64,000 nucleotides of DNA from an uncultured Polyangiaceae bacterium (GCA_964480725.1 CAYZQO010000020.1:3401-67400), one strand, 5' to 3'. Positions 9,078 to 18,607 are shown, counted from the stretch's first letter. Program-made: numbers and translations. The notes: generated by a model from the sequence alone, not told the origin.

Positions 9078-9899
9078 TCAGCCCAACACGAAGCGCGTGC
9101 GCTCGCGAGCCACGAACGCCTCGCTGAAGACGGCGACCGCGTCCCGCTCGACCTGATCCATGAATGCGTCCTCGTGATCGGGATCGTGGTGAAAGATGGC
9201 GAGCCGCCGAACGCGACCGGCACGGCACAGGCGCACCGCCTCCTGCCAGGTCGAGTGGCCCCAGCCGAGGTGCTGCGGGAACTCCTCGTCCGTGTAGGTC
9301 GAGTCGTAGGCGACCAGATCGGCTCCCTCGATGAGCCCCAGCACGTTCTGGTCCGGCGCGCCGACGACGTGCTCCGTGTCGGTCACGTAGCAGAAGGAGC
9401 TTCCCCCGTGCTCGATCCGGTACCCGGTGGCCCCGTTCGGGTGGTTGAGCAGGGCGGTGCGCACCAGCACGTCGGGCCCCAGCCGGAACGAGTCGCCCGC
9501 ATCGAAGTCGAGGAACTCGAGCCGCGCCCGCATCGTCTCCAGGGGAACCGGGAAGGTGGGGCCAGCCATCTGCCCGGAGAGCACGTTGCGGACCCCACCG
9601 GCCCCTAGGTGGCCCGCCATGATCTCGAAGTGGCGATCCGCGAGGTACGCGGGCTTGAAGAAGGGGAACCCGTTGATGTGGTCCCAGTGGGTGTGCGTGA
9701 GCAGGAGCCAGGCATGGCGGTGGTCCGCCTGCAGGAAGCGATTGCCCAGCTCCCGCAGCCCGGTGCCGGCGTCGAGGATGATCCGCACGTCGCCCGCGGT
9801 CACCGCGACGCAGCTGGTGTTCCCCCCGTACCGCACGTGGTTCGGCGAGGGGCAAGCGATGCTGCCCCGTACGCCCCAGAACTCCACCTCGAGCCCCAT
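9078..9899 (-). CDS. MBL-fold metallo-hydrolase
   Basis: The start is the internal ATG 9899 (MGLEVEFWGVRGS). It has the THTHWDHINGFPFF (HxHxDH) motif and a C-terminal HHDPDH. Confidence 0.8.
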   Translation of the reverse strand: MGLEVEFWGVRGSIACPSPNHVRYGGNTSCVAVTAGDVRIILDAGTGLRELGNRFLQADHRHAWLLLTHTHWDHINGFPFFKPAYLADRHFEIMAGHLGAGGVRNVLSGQMAGPTFPVPLETMRARLEFLDFDAGDSFRLGPDVLVRTALLNHPNGATGYRIEHGGSSFCYVTDTEHVVGAPDQNVLGLIEGADLVAYDSTYTDEEFPQHLGWGHSTWQEAVRLCRAGRVRRLAIFHHDPDHEDAFMDQVERDAVAVFSEAFVARERTRFVLG

Positions 9900-10181
9900 G
9901 TGACGCCGCCGGGTAGTAGCAGTCGCACACCTGACGCGGCGTTCGCAAGGCATAACCGCCGGCGCGCCGAGCCCGGCACCCCGGAGCGGTCGCGGGCGCT
10001 GCGCGGGCCGCGCCCGCCCATCGCGCCTCGCGCGGGCGGGAGGGCGCATGCGGCTTGTCGGGTGCGAGGCGCACCGTCACGGCCGCACGGCCTCCTTGCC
10101 TCTCCCGGCGGCTCCCTGGCAGCATGGCCCTGGACCGCCCGCTCGACCGCTACCGGGGAGCGCCGCCGCATCCGGAAGACC

Positions 10182-11219
10182 ATGCGTCCCTCCGCCCCGC
10201 TCGCTCGCGCCCTCGCCCTCCTCGCCATCGGCATCACCGCGGCCAGCTGCCAGCGCCAGCCTTCGCCACCGCCCCCCGCCGCGAGCGCCTCCGGCACCGC
10301 TAGCGCTCCCGTGGCGAGCGCTCCCGTGGCGAGTGTGAGCGCGCCCCCGGACCCGTCGGGGGCGGTGGCCGCGGCCCCGCCCGCGGTGAGGGCCGACCCT
10401 TCGCGCTACGCCTGGCTCGCCGACACCTCGCGCAGCGCCGTGCCGGCGGTGACGACGCTCGCCGAGGCGATCCCCACGCCCCCCGGTTGGGACCGGGTCG
10501 CGGCGCCCGCCGGCTCCTTCGGCGCGTGGCTCCGCGATCTGCCGCTGGCAGCCCCCGGCACGCCGGTCAAGAGCTGGCGCGGCGAGGAGGTCTTCGCCGG
10601 CGACGAAGATTACGTGCAGGCGGTGCTCGCGATCGACGTCGGTAAGGCCGATCTCCAACAGAGCGCGGACGTCATCCTCCGCTTCGACGCGGAGTGGCGC
10701 TGGTCGCAGGGCAAACGCGACATGGCTTACCTCGCGGCGACCAAGGATCCGCTGCCGTACGCCAGTTACGCGCAGGGCAAGCGCGTGCTCGCCCAGGGCC
10801 CGCACCTGTACTGGGTCAAGCAGCGAGAGCCGACCGATCCCAACGATCGCGGGGCGTTCCGCGACTACCTCGACACGGTCTTCATCTGGGCCAACAGCAC
10901 CGCCGTCCGGATGCAGAGCGACCCGGTGCCAGCCAAGGAGCTGGCCCCGGGCGACTTCTTCCTGCAGCGCGACAAGACCGGACACGCTCTGGTGGTGCTC
11001 GACGTGGTGGCCAAACCGACCGGCGAGCGGCTCGCGCTGCTCGGCCAGGCGCTGACGGAGGCGATGAACATCCACGTCCTTCGACCGGGCCGAGGCACCG
11101 CCTGGTTTAGCCTGAACCCCCCCGAACCGCTGCTCACACCCCACACCAAGGCGTTCGCTTGGACCGACCTGCGCCGGCTTCGCCCCGTGACGCCGGACGC
11201 CGCCGCGGGCGGTGAGTGA
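10182..11219 (+). CDS. Hypothetical lipoprotein
   Basis: In-frame ATG 10182 gives MRPSAPLARALALLAIGITAASC (lipobox), then an Ala/Pro/Ser linker and a globular domain. I recognised no catalytic motif. Confidence 0.65.
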   Translation: MRPSAPLARALALLAIGITAASCQRQPSPPPPAASASGTASAPVASAPVASVSAPPDPSGAVAAAPPAVRADPSRYAWLADTSRSAVPAVTTLAEAIPTPPGWDRVAAPAGSFGAWLRDLPLAAPGTPVKSWRGEEVFAGDEDYVQAVLAIDVGKADLQQSADVILRFDAEWRWSQGKRDMAYLAATKDPLPYASYAQGKRVLAQGPHLYWVKQREPTDPNDRGAFRDYLDTVFIWANSTAVRMQSDPVPAKELAPGDFFLQRDKTGHALVVLDVVAKPTGERLALLGQALTEAMNIHVLRPGRGTAWFSLNPPEPLLTPHTKAFAWTDLRRLRPVTPDAAAGGE

Positions 11220-11396
11220 GCCCCCGCGCCGTCCCTCGCCGGGCGCCAATGAAAAAAGTCACTTGACTTGGGCGGTGGGTGCCTCCCAGACTCCCTGACG
11301 CCGATGGCCCGAGCCGCCAACCCCGACTGCCCGCGCACCGCGATTCCGCGGCGCGACGTGTTGGTCGTGCGGTCTACCGCGGTCGCTTCGGCGCCC

Positions 11397-11492
11397 GTGC
11401 GCGCGCCCGGTGGCGAGCGCCCCCTGGGCGTCGTCCTTCTCGGTGTCCTGCTGCTCGGGGTACTTATTACCCCGGGTGCGGCGGCCGCCTGA
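11397..11492 (+). CDS. Putative Leu/Val/Ile-rich leader peptide of the ilv-leu operon (start uncertain: GTG 11397 or ATG 11304)
   Basis: The ORF ends at TGA 11490-92. Codons 11424-11468 read L G V V L L G V L L L G V L I, including the rare codons CTT, GTA and ATT. It lies immediately upstream of an intrinsic terminator and of ilvB. Confidence 0.5.
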   Translation: MRAPGGERPLGVVLLGVLLLGVLITPGAAAA

Positions 11493-11521
11493 CGAGCACG
11501 AGCGAAATCGAGTCTCTCCGG

Positions 11522-11555
11522 CCCCCGCACCCGAACCACGGTGCGGGGGTTTTTT
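11522..11555 (+). terminator. Intrinsic terminator (attenuator) in the ilvB leader
   Basis: CCCCCGCACC (11522-31), an 8-nt loop, then GGTGCGGGGG (11540-49) followed by TTTTTTGGTTTATT. It lies 67 nt upstream of the ilvB ATG. Confidence 0.75.
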
Positions 11556-11622
11556 GGTTTATTGCCCGCCCCTGCCACATTCCCCGCTCCACACCTTGGA
11601 TCCTTCACCGCGAGACCGAGCC

Positions 11623-13425
11623 ATGTCGCTACCGAGCACCGATGCCCCGGCCCCCGCCGAGTCCACCCGGTCCCAGACCCTGACCGGCGCCCAGATCCTC
11701 TGGGCGACCCTGGTCCGGGAGGGGGTAGAGGTCGTCTTCGGGTACCCCGGGGGCGCCATCATGCCGGCCTACGACGCGCTGCCGCAGTTCCCCGAGCTGC
11801 GCCACGTGCTCTCCCGACACGAGCAGGGTGCGGCCCACATGGCGGATGGATACGCACGGGCCTCGGGCCGCGTCGGCGTCGCCGTGGCCACCTCCGGCCC
11901 CGGCGCGACCAACCTGGTGACGGGCATCGCGAACGCCATGCTCGACTCGATCCCGGTGGTCTTCATCACCGGTCAGGTCGCCTCGCACCTGCTCGGCACG
12001 GACGCCTTCCAGGAGGTCGACATCACGGGCGTGACCCTGCCCATCACCAAGCACAACTTCCTGGTCACGCGCCCCGCGGACATCGCGCCGACGCTCCGCC
12101 AGGCGTTCTACATCGCGCGCTCGGGTCGGCCGGGACCGGTCGTGGTCGACATCACCAAGGACGCGCAACAGAAGAGCGCGGAGGTCGTCTGGGAGCAGAC
12201 CCCGGTGCGGCTGCCGGGCTATCGCCCGGAGCGCCACCCCCGCGACGACGAGTACGCGCTGGCGCTGCGAATGATCGCCGAGGCCGAGCGCCCGGTCATC
12301 TTCTGCGGCCACGGCGTGATCGACGCGAACGCCACCGACGTGCTCCGCCAGGTCGTGGAGAAGACCGACATCCCGGTGGCGCAGACGCTGCTCGGCCTCG
12401 GCGGATTCCCCGCCAGTCACTCCCACAGCCTGGGCATGATGGGCATGCACGGCGAGCAGTGGGTGAACACCGCGATCCAGGAGGCGGACCTCGTCATCGC
12501 CCTCGGGATGCGCTTCGACGACCGCGTGACGGGCAACCTCAAGACGTACACCGCCAAGGCGCGCAAGATCCACGTCGAGCTCGACCCCGCCGAGGTCGGC
12601 AAGAACGTCAGGGTCGACCTGCCCCTGATCGGCGACGTGGGCGAGATCCTCGCCCACCTGCTGCCGCGGGTGTCAGCGCGAAAGCTGCCCGCCTGGTGGG
12701 CGCAGATCCGCGCGAATCGGGGCGCCGCCGCCGTGCGCGACATCATCGAGCTCCCCGACGCGGGGCGGCTGTACGCGGCCCACGTCATCCACGACCTGTG
12801 GCGCCTGACCGAGGGCAAAGCGCTGGTGGTGACCGACGTGGGCCAGCACCAGATGTGGGAGGCCCAGTACTACCACCACGACCGCCCGCGGCGGCTGATC
12901 ACCTCCGGCGGCCTCGGCACCATGGGCTTCTCCCTACCGGCCGCCATCGGGGCCAAGCTCGCCTGCCCGGACGACGAGGTCTGGGTCATCGTCGGTGACG
13001 GCGGGATCCAGATGACCCAGGCGGAGCTGCAGACCGCGCGTCAGGACGCGGTCAAGGTGAACGTGGCCATCATGAACAATGGATTTCTGGGCATGGTGCG
13101 CCAGTGGCAGGAGTTCTTCCACGAGGGCCGCTACGTCTGCACGCCGATCACCAGCCCGGACTTCGTCAAGCTGGCCGAGGCCCACGGTCTGCTCGGCCTT
13201 CGCGTCACCCGCCGCGACCAGATCGCGGACGCCGTCGCCCAGGCCCGGGCCAGCGCCGTCACCACGGTGATCGATTTTCGCGTCGAGCAGGAGGACAGCG
13301 TCTATCCGATGGTCCCGACCGGGGCCGACCTGGGCGACATGATCCTGCGCCCGCTCCCCACCGACTCCTCCCCTCCGGAGGGAGAAGAACACAACCCGAT
13401 CTACGAAACCGGAAAGGATCGCTGA
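11623..13425 (+). CDS. ilvB: Acetolactate synthase (acetohydroxy-acid synthase) large subunit
   Basis: The start is ATG 11623 inside track ORF 11410..13425. It has TGAQILWATLVREGVEVVFGYPGGAIMPAYDAL, the ThDP motif GLGTMGFSLPAAIGAK...GDGG and MNNGFLGMVRQWQ. Confidence 0.95.
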   Translation: MSLPSTDAPAPAESTRSQTLTGAQILWATLVREGVEVVFGYPGGAIMPAYDALPQFPELRHVLSRHEQGAAHMADGYARASGRVGVAVATSGPGATNLVTGIANAMLDSIPVVFITGQVASHLLGTDAFQEVDITGVTLPITKHNFLVTRPADIAPTLRQAFYIARSGRPGPVVVDITKDAQQKSAEVVWEQTPVRLPGYRPERHPRDDEYALALRMIAEAERPVIFCGHGVIDANATDVLRQVVEKTDIPVAQTLLGLGGFPASHSHSLGMMGMHGEQWVNTAIQEADLVIALGMRFDDRVTGNLKTYTAKARKIHVELDPAEVGKNVRVDLPLIGDVGEILAHLLPRVSARKLPAWWAQIRANRGAAAVRDIIELPDAGRLYAAHVIHDLWRLTEGKALVVTDVGQHQMWEAQYYHHDRPRRLITSGGLGTMGFSLPAAIGAKLACPDDEVWVIVGDGGIQMTQAELQTARQDAVKVNVAIMNNGFLGMVRQWQEFFHEGRYVCTPITSPDFVKLAEAHGLLGLRVTRRDQIADAVAQARASAVTTVIDFRVEQEDSVYPMVPTGADLGDMILRPLPTDSSPPEGEEHNPIYETGKDR

Positions 13426-14003
13426 TGACCCCCGGCAACGGCAACCATAGCCCACGGACCAACGACGGCCGCCCCCTGCGGACGTTCGTGGCCTACGTCG
13501 AGGATCAGCCCGGCGTCCTCAACCGCATCGCGTCCCTGTTCCGCCGACGGGGCTACAACATCGCCTCGCTCAACGTCGGGCGCACGCACGAGCCCGGCAT
13601 CTCGCGACTGACGATGGTGGTCGAGGCCGACGAGACGACCGCGCGGCTGCTGGAGGCGAACCTGTACAAGCTGGTCAACGTGATCAGCGTCGAGGACCTC
13701 ACCCACCGCGCCAGCGTCGTCCGCGACCTCGCCCTGGTCAAGGTGCGGACCGTGGCGGAAGACCGCGCCGAGGTGCTGCAGATCGCCGAGCGGTTCCGCG
13801 CCCGAGTCATCGACGTCGGCGACGAGACGATGGTCTTTGAGATGACCGGGACCCAGGACGCGATCGGGGAGTTCCTATCGTACCTGCGCCCGTTCGGCAT
13901 CGTCGAGATGGTCCAGACCGGCGCCGTCGCGATGGCGCGCGGCGGCGAGGGTGGCGCCTCCGCCTCCGCGCACCGACCCAGCCTGCTGCCCCCACCTCCG
14001 TGA
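13425..14003 (+). CDS. ilvN: Acetolactate synthase small (regulatory) subunit
   Basis: The start has an ATGA overlap with the ilvB stop. It has the ACT domain LRTFVAYVEDQPGVLNRIASLFRRRGYNIASLNVG and LYKLVNVISVEDL. Confidence 0.9.
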   Translation: MTPGNGNHSPRTNDGRPLRTFVAYVEDQPGVLNRIASLFRRRGYNIASLNVGRTHEPGISRLTMVVEADETTARLLEANLYKLVNVISVEDLTHRASVVRDLALVKVRTVAEDRAEVLQIAERFRARVIDVGDETMVFEMTGTQDAIGEFLSYLRPFGIVEMVQTGAVAMARGGEGGASASAHRPSLLPPPP

Positions 14004-15739
14004 ACACCGATGGCGTCCCGTCACCCGACGGGCCAGCCCTGGAGAAGATCGAGATGACCACCGAAACCATGCCACGTCCCCCCGAGCAATACGTCCGCAT
14101 GTTCGACACGACGCTCCGCGACGGCGAGCAGTCGCCGGGCGCGACCCTGACGTCCGAAGAGAAGCTCGAGGTGGCCCTGGCGCTCTCCCGTCTGGGGGTC
14201 GACGCCATCGAGGCGGGGTTCCCGGCGGCGTCGGACGACGATCTCTTCGCGGTCCAGACCATCGCGGAGCGGGTCGGCGCCACGGTGATCGAGGGGCGCC
14301 CGAGCCAGCACCCGCCGATCATCTGCGGCCTGGCGCGCGCCCGGGAGGCCGATATCCAGCGCGCCTGGGAGGGGGTCCGCCTGGCCAAGTACCCGCGCAT
14401 CCACACCTTCATCGCCACTTCGCCCATCCATCGCGAGCACAAGCTGCGCATGACGCGGGAGCAGGTGCTGGCCAAGACCCGGGAGATGGTGACCTTCGCC
14501 CGGACCCTCTGCCCGGACGTCGAGTTCAGCCCCGAGGATGCCGGCCGCACCGAGCCGGAGTTCCTGTACGAAGTCCTCGCGCTCGCCATCGAGTGCGGCG
14601 CCACCACGCTGAACATCCCCGACACCGTGGGATACACGCTGCCACACGAGTTCGGCGCCCTGATTTCCGGCATCAGGCAGCACGTTCCCGGCGTCGACCG
14701 GGCCATCATCTCCACCCACTGTCACAACGATCTGGGGCTGGCCACGGCCAACACCCTGGCCGGGATCCTGGCCGGCGCGCGGCAGGCGGAGGTCACGGTC
14801 AACGGGCTCGGGGAGCGGGCTGGCAACTGCGCCATCGAGGAGATCGTAATGGCGCTGCGAACCCGGCGGCTCGCCCTGCAGCTGGACACCGGCATCGACA
14901 CCACGCAGCTGACGCGAGCCAGCAAGCTCGTCAGCATGCGGACGGGCATCAGCGTCCAGGCCAACAAGGCCATCGTCGGCGCCAACGCCTTCGCACACGA
15001 GTCGGGGATCCACCAGGACGGGATGCTGAAACACGAGGAGACGTACGAGATCATGCGCCCGGAGACGGTGGGCGCAGTCAAGACCCGTCTGGTCATGGGC
15101 AAGCACTCCGGGCGCCACGCCTTCGCGGTGCGACTGCGCGAGCTGGGCCACTCCCTGGAGGACACCGCGCTCGAGAAGGCGTTCGCCCGGTTCAAGACGC
15201 TGGCCGACAAGAAGAAGTCGATCACCGACGCAGACCTGGAGGCGCTGGCCGAGGCCGAGGCCGAGGGGCGCGAGGAGTTCTTCGCGCTGGAGGCGCTGAA
15301 GGTGAACTGCGGCAGCCGGGGGCCGGCCACGGCCCTGGTCTGCCTCAAGGGCCCCGACGGCGTCGTCACCAACGAGGGCGAGGGGACGGGGCCGGTCGAC
15401 GCCGTCTTCAAGGCCATCGACGCCCTGGTGCAGGCCCCGAGCGAGCTGCTTGAGTACTCGGTGCACGCGGTGACGGAGGGCATCGACGCGCTGGGCCAGG
15501 TCAGCGTGCGGGTCGCTGCGCGCGGCGAGGATTCCAAGCCCAACCCGCAGTACGAGCACTCGCAGCCGCGCATCTTCTACGGGCACGGCGCGGAGACGGA
15601 CATCATCGCGGCGAGCGCCAAGGCCTACGTGGCGGCGCTGAATCGCCTGCTCGGGGCGCTCCAGCCCGAGCACCGGCGGCGAATGCCGAGCGTCGCGCCC
15701 GCGTCGAAGGACGCGGAGACGACGGAAGACCGAGGTTGA
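14000..15739 (+). CDS. leuA: 2-isopropylmalate synthase
   Basis: VRMFDTTLRDGEQSPGATL, HCHNDLGLATANTLAG and a C-terminal LeuA dimerisation/regulatory domain are present. GTG 14000 overlaps the ilvN stop (GTGA). ATG 14054 is an alternative start. Confidence 0.9.
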   Translation: MNTDGVPSPDGPALEKIEMTTETMPRPPEQYVRMFDTTLRDGEQSPGATLTSEEKLEVALALSRLGVDAIEAGFPAASDDDLFAVQTIAERVGATVIEGRPSQHPPIICGLARAREADIQRAWEGVRLAKYPRIHTFIATSPIHREHKLRMTREQVLAKTREMVTFARTLCPDVEFSPEDAGRTEPEFLYEVLALAIECGATTLNIPDTVGYTLPHEFGALISGIRQHVPGVDRAIISTHCHNDLGLATANTLAGILAGARQAEVTVNGLGERAGNCAIEEIVMALRTRRLALQLDTGIDTTQLTRASKLVSMRTGISVQANKAIVGANAFAHESGIHQDGMLKHEETYEIMRPETVGAVKTRLVMGKHSGRHAFAVRLRELGHSLEDTALEKAFARFKTLADKKKSITDADLEALAEAEAEGREEFFALEALKVNCGSRGPATALVCLKGPDGVVTNEGEGTGPVDAVFKAIDALVQAPSELLEYSVHAVTEGIDALGQVSVRVAARGEDSKPNPQYEHSQPRIFYGHGAETDIIAASAKAYVAALNRLLGALQPEHRRRMPSVAPASKDAETTEDRG

Positions 15740-15815
15740 TCCCGCGGCTGCCGCGCGGACCGTCCGCGCGGCGCTGCCCCCCGCTCCCCACCCCCGCTCG
15801 CGAGGCTCGCCGAAC

Positions 15816-17507
15816 ATGGCCGCAGATCCCGCCGTCGTATCCCCCCCGAACCGCGTCTCCGTCTACGACACCACGCTGCGTGACGGCACCCAGGGCGAGG
15901 GCGTGTCGATCACGGCACGGGACAAGCTCCGCATCGCCCAGCGCCTCGACGAGCTCGGGGTCGCCTTCGTCGAGGGGGGCTGGCCCGGGTCGAACCCCAA
16001 GGACGCCGAGTTCTTCCAGCGCGCACGCGACGTGAGCTGGCAGAGCGCGATCGTCACCGCGTTCGGCGCCACCCGGCGCGCCAAGCTCGGTTCCGACGAG
16101 GACGCCAGTATCCGGGCGCTGCTCGACTCCGGCGCCGCCGTCTGCACCATCTTCGGCAAGTCCTGGACGCTCCATGTCAAGGACGTGCTCCGGATCGGCC
16201 TCGACGAGAACCTGCGCATGATCGAGGAGACGGTCGCGCACCTGGTCCGGAGCGGCCGGCGGGTGATCTACGACGCCGAGCACTTCTTCGATGGCCACGC
16301 CACCGACCCCGCCTACGCCCTGGAGACGTTGCGAGCCGCTCAGCGCGGTGGCGCCGAGGTCCTGGTCCTCTGCGACACCAACGGGGGCAGCCTCCCCTGG
16401 CAGGTGGAGAGGATCGTCGGGGAGATCGGGCGAGCCCTCGGCCACCCGCTAGGGATCCACGCCCACGACGACACCGGCTGCGCGGTGGCGAACAGCCTCG
16501 CTGCGGTGCAGGCTGGCGCCCGCCACGTCCAGGGGACGATCAACGGGCTCGGCGAGCGCTGCGGCAACGCGAACCTCAGCGTGGTGATCCCGAACCTAGA
16601 GCTCAAGCTCGATCTGCGCTGCCTGCCCGAGGGGCGCCTGCGCGAGATCGGCGAGGTTTCTCGCTTCGTCGCCGAGGTCACCAACCACGCCCTCGGAGAG
16701 CAGATGCCCTACGTCGGGCGCAGCGCCTTCGCCCACAAGGCGGGGGTCCACGTTTCGGCGATGCGCCGCCATGGCGCGAGCTACCAGCACGTGGATCCGG
16801 CGCGGGTCGGCAACACCATGCGCGTCCTCGTCAGTGAGCTGTCGGGACGCGCCAACGTGCTCAGCAAGGCCGAAGAGCTCGGAGAGGTGCTCTCGGCGGG
16901 CGTGGAGGACGAGGCCGTGCAGGCGATCAAGGAGGCGGAGGCTCGCGGCATGTCCTACGAGGGCGCCGAGGCGAGCGTGGCGCTGCTGTTGCGCCGCCGC
17001 CGACCCGACTACCAGCCCCCGTTCTCGGTGCTCGACTACAAGGCGGAGGTCGGGCGTCGCCAGGGCACGGAAACCTTCGCCGAGGCCACGGTGAAGCTCC
17101 AGGTGGGGCACGAAGTGATGCACACCGTCGCCGAAGGCAACGGGCCGGTGGCCGCGCTCGACGCGGCGCTCCGCAAGGCGATGACGCCACTCTACCCGGC
17201 CATCGAGCACATCCACCTGGCGGATTACAAGGTCCGGATCCTCGACAGCCTGGGGGGCACCGAGGCGGTGACGCGGGTGCTCATCGACTTCACGGACCGG
17301 CACGGCGCCTGGAGCACGGTCGGTGCCTCGCCCAACATCATCGAGGCGTCGCTGCAGGCGGTGCTGGAGGGGATCGAGTGGGGCCTGCTCCGCACCGGCA
17401 CCGGGCCGGTGGCGCTGAACCCCGACGACGCCCTGGTGCGGTCCGTCCGCGGGCGTCCATCCGAACCGCCCCCCCGGGCGGCGAGGGATGACCACCCGAC
17501 CGAATGA
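15816..17507 (+). CDS. cimA: (R)-citramalate synthase-type IPMS paralogue
   Basis: VSVYDTTLRDGTQGEGVSITARDKLRIAQRLDELGVAFVEGGWPGSNPKDAEFF matches the CimA-type (Geobacter/Leptospira-like) N-terminus rather than the LeuA type. It has HAHDDTGCAVANSLAAV and a C-terminal LeuA-allosteric-like domain. Confidence 0.75.
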   Translation: MAADPAVVSPPNRVSVYDTTLRDGTQGEGVSITARDKLRIAQRLDELGVAFVEGGWPGSNPKDAEFFQRARDVSWQSAIVTAFGATRRAKLGSDEDASIRALLDSGAAVCTIFGKSWTLHVKDVLRIGLDENLRMIEETVAHLVRSGRRVIYDAEHFFDGHATDPAYALETLRAAQRGGAEVLVLCDTNGGSLPWQVERIVGEIGRALGHPLGIHAHDDTGCAVANSLAAVQAGARHVQGTINGLGERCGNANLSVVIPNLELKLDLRCLPEGRLREIGEVSRFVAEVTNHALGEQMPYVGRSAFAHKAGVHVSAMRRHGASYQHVDPARVGNTMRVLVSELSGRANVLSKAEELGEVLSAGVEDEAVQAIKEAEARGMSYEGAEASVALLLRRRRPDYQPPFSVLDYKAEVGRRQGTETFAEATVKLQVGHEVMHTVAEGNGPVAALDAALRKAMTPLYPAIEHIHLADYKVRILDSLGGTEAVTRVLIDFTDRHGAWSTVGASPNIIEASLQAVLEGIEWGLLRTGTGPVALNPDDALVRSVRGRPSEPPPRAARDDHPTE

Positions 17508-17518
17508 GGAATCCATCC

Positions 17519-18607
17519 ATGAAGGCCAACATCGTCCTGTTGCCGGGTGACGGCATCGGCCCCGAAATCGTCGCTGAGGCGCGCCGGGTGCTCGAGCGCG
17601 TCGCCGAGCTCTTCGGCCACGAGTTCGCGTTCGACACCCACCGGGTCGGGGGCGCCGCCATCGATGCCGGCGGGATCCCGCTCACCGAGGCGACGCTGGC
17701 AGCGTGCCGCACCGCCGACGCCATCCTGCTCGGGGCGGTCGGCGGGCCGCGCTGGGACGATCCGACGGCGCCGGTGCGGCCCGAGCAAGGGCTGTTCACG
17801 CTCCGGGCGGAGCTGAACCTGTACGCGAACATCCGCCCGGTGCGCGCCTTCCCCGAGCTCGCCGCGCACGGTTCTCCGCTGCGCCCGGAGCGCGTGAGCG
17901 GGGTGGACATCCTGATGGTGCGGGAGCTCACGGGGGGGCTCTACTTCGGTGAGCCGCGGCGATCCGAGGTGGTGGCGGGCGAGCGGTGCGCCGTGGACAC
18001 GATGCGCTACAGCGAGACGGAGATCCGGCGGGTCGCCCGGCGCGCCTTCGAGATCGCGCGGACCCGCCGCCGCCAGGTCACCTCGGTCGACAAGGCCAAT
18101 GTCCTCGCCTGCTCGCGGCTGTGGCGGCAGGTCGTCAGCGAGGTCGCGGCGGATTACCCCGACGTGGCGCTCGAGCACCAGCTCGTCGACTCCTGCGCGA
18201 TGCGCCTGGTCACCAACCCCACCAGCCTCGACGTGATCCTGACGGAGAACCTCTTCGGCGACATCCTGTCCGACGAGGCGGCGGTCATCACCGGTTCGCT
18301 CGGGATGCTGCCGAGCGCATCGCTGGGAGACGGCCCGCGCGGACTCTACGAGCCCATCCACGGGTCCGCCCCCGACATCGCGGGGCGAGGCGTCGCCAAC
18401 CCGCTCGGCACCGTGCTCAGCGCGGCGCTCCTGCTCCGAGACAGCCTCAGGCTCGACCGGGAGGCGGCGGCGGTGGAGCGGGCCGTGGCCCAGGCGATCG
18501 CGGGAGGCGCGCGTACGGCCGACCTCGGGGGCGGCGAGGGTGCCCTGTCCACACGCGCAATGGGGGACGCCGTGCTCGAGCGGCTGACGCGCCCCGCGGC
18601 CGCGTGA
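17519..18607 (+). CDS. leuB: 3-isopropylmalate dehydrogenase
   Basis: MKANIVLLPGDGIGPEIV, NLYANIRP and NLFGDILSDEAAVITGSLGMLPSAS are present. A GAGGA SD lies 8 nt upstream of ATG 17519. ATG 17504 (ATGA overlap with cimA) is an alternative start. Confidence 0.93.
   Translation: MKANIVLLPGDGIGPEIVAEARRVLERVAELFGHEFAFDTHRVGGAAIDAGGIPLTEATLAACRTADAILLGAVGGPRWDDPTAPVRPEQGLFTLRAELNLYANIRPVRAFPELAAHGSPLRPERVSGVDILMVRELTGGLYFGEPRRSEVVAGERCAVDTMRYSETEIRRVARRAFEIARTRRRQVTSVDKANVLACSRLWRQVVSEVAADYPDVALEHQLVDSCAMRLVTNPTSLDVILTENLFGDILSDEAAVITGSLGMLPSASLGDGPRGLYEPIHGSAPDIAGRGVANPLGTVLSAALLLRDSLRLDREAAAVERAVAQAIAGGARTADLGGGEGALSTRAMGDAVLERLTRPAAA

Noticed and set aside
6229-9156. A 975-aa plus-strand ORF. 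Similar giant ORFs occur at 25611-29201 (+), 28865-31699 (+), 39583-41856 (+), 14021-15817 (-), 17225-19459 (-), 18447-20732 (-), 44991-46970 (-) and 48608-51085 (-).
   Set aside because: All lie antisense to genes with unmistakable motifs (topA, the GH65 fusion, the fibro-slime protein, kinases, leuA, leuB, the TonB receptor, RCC1). Their translations are Arg/Ala/Gly/Pro-rich with no recognisable motif. Long antisense ORFs are expected in stop-poor 70% GC DNA.
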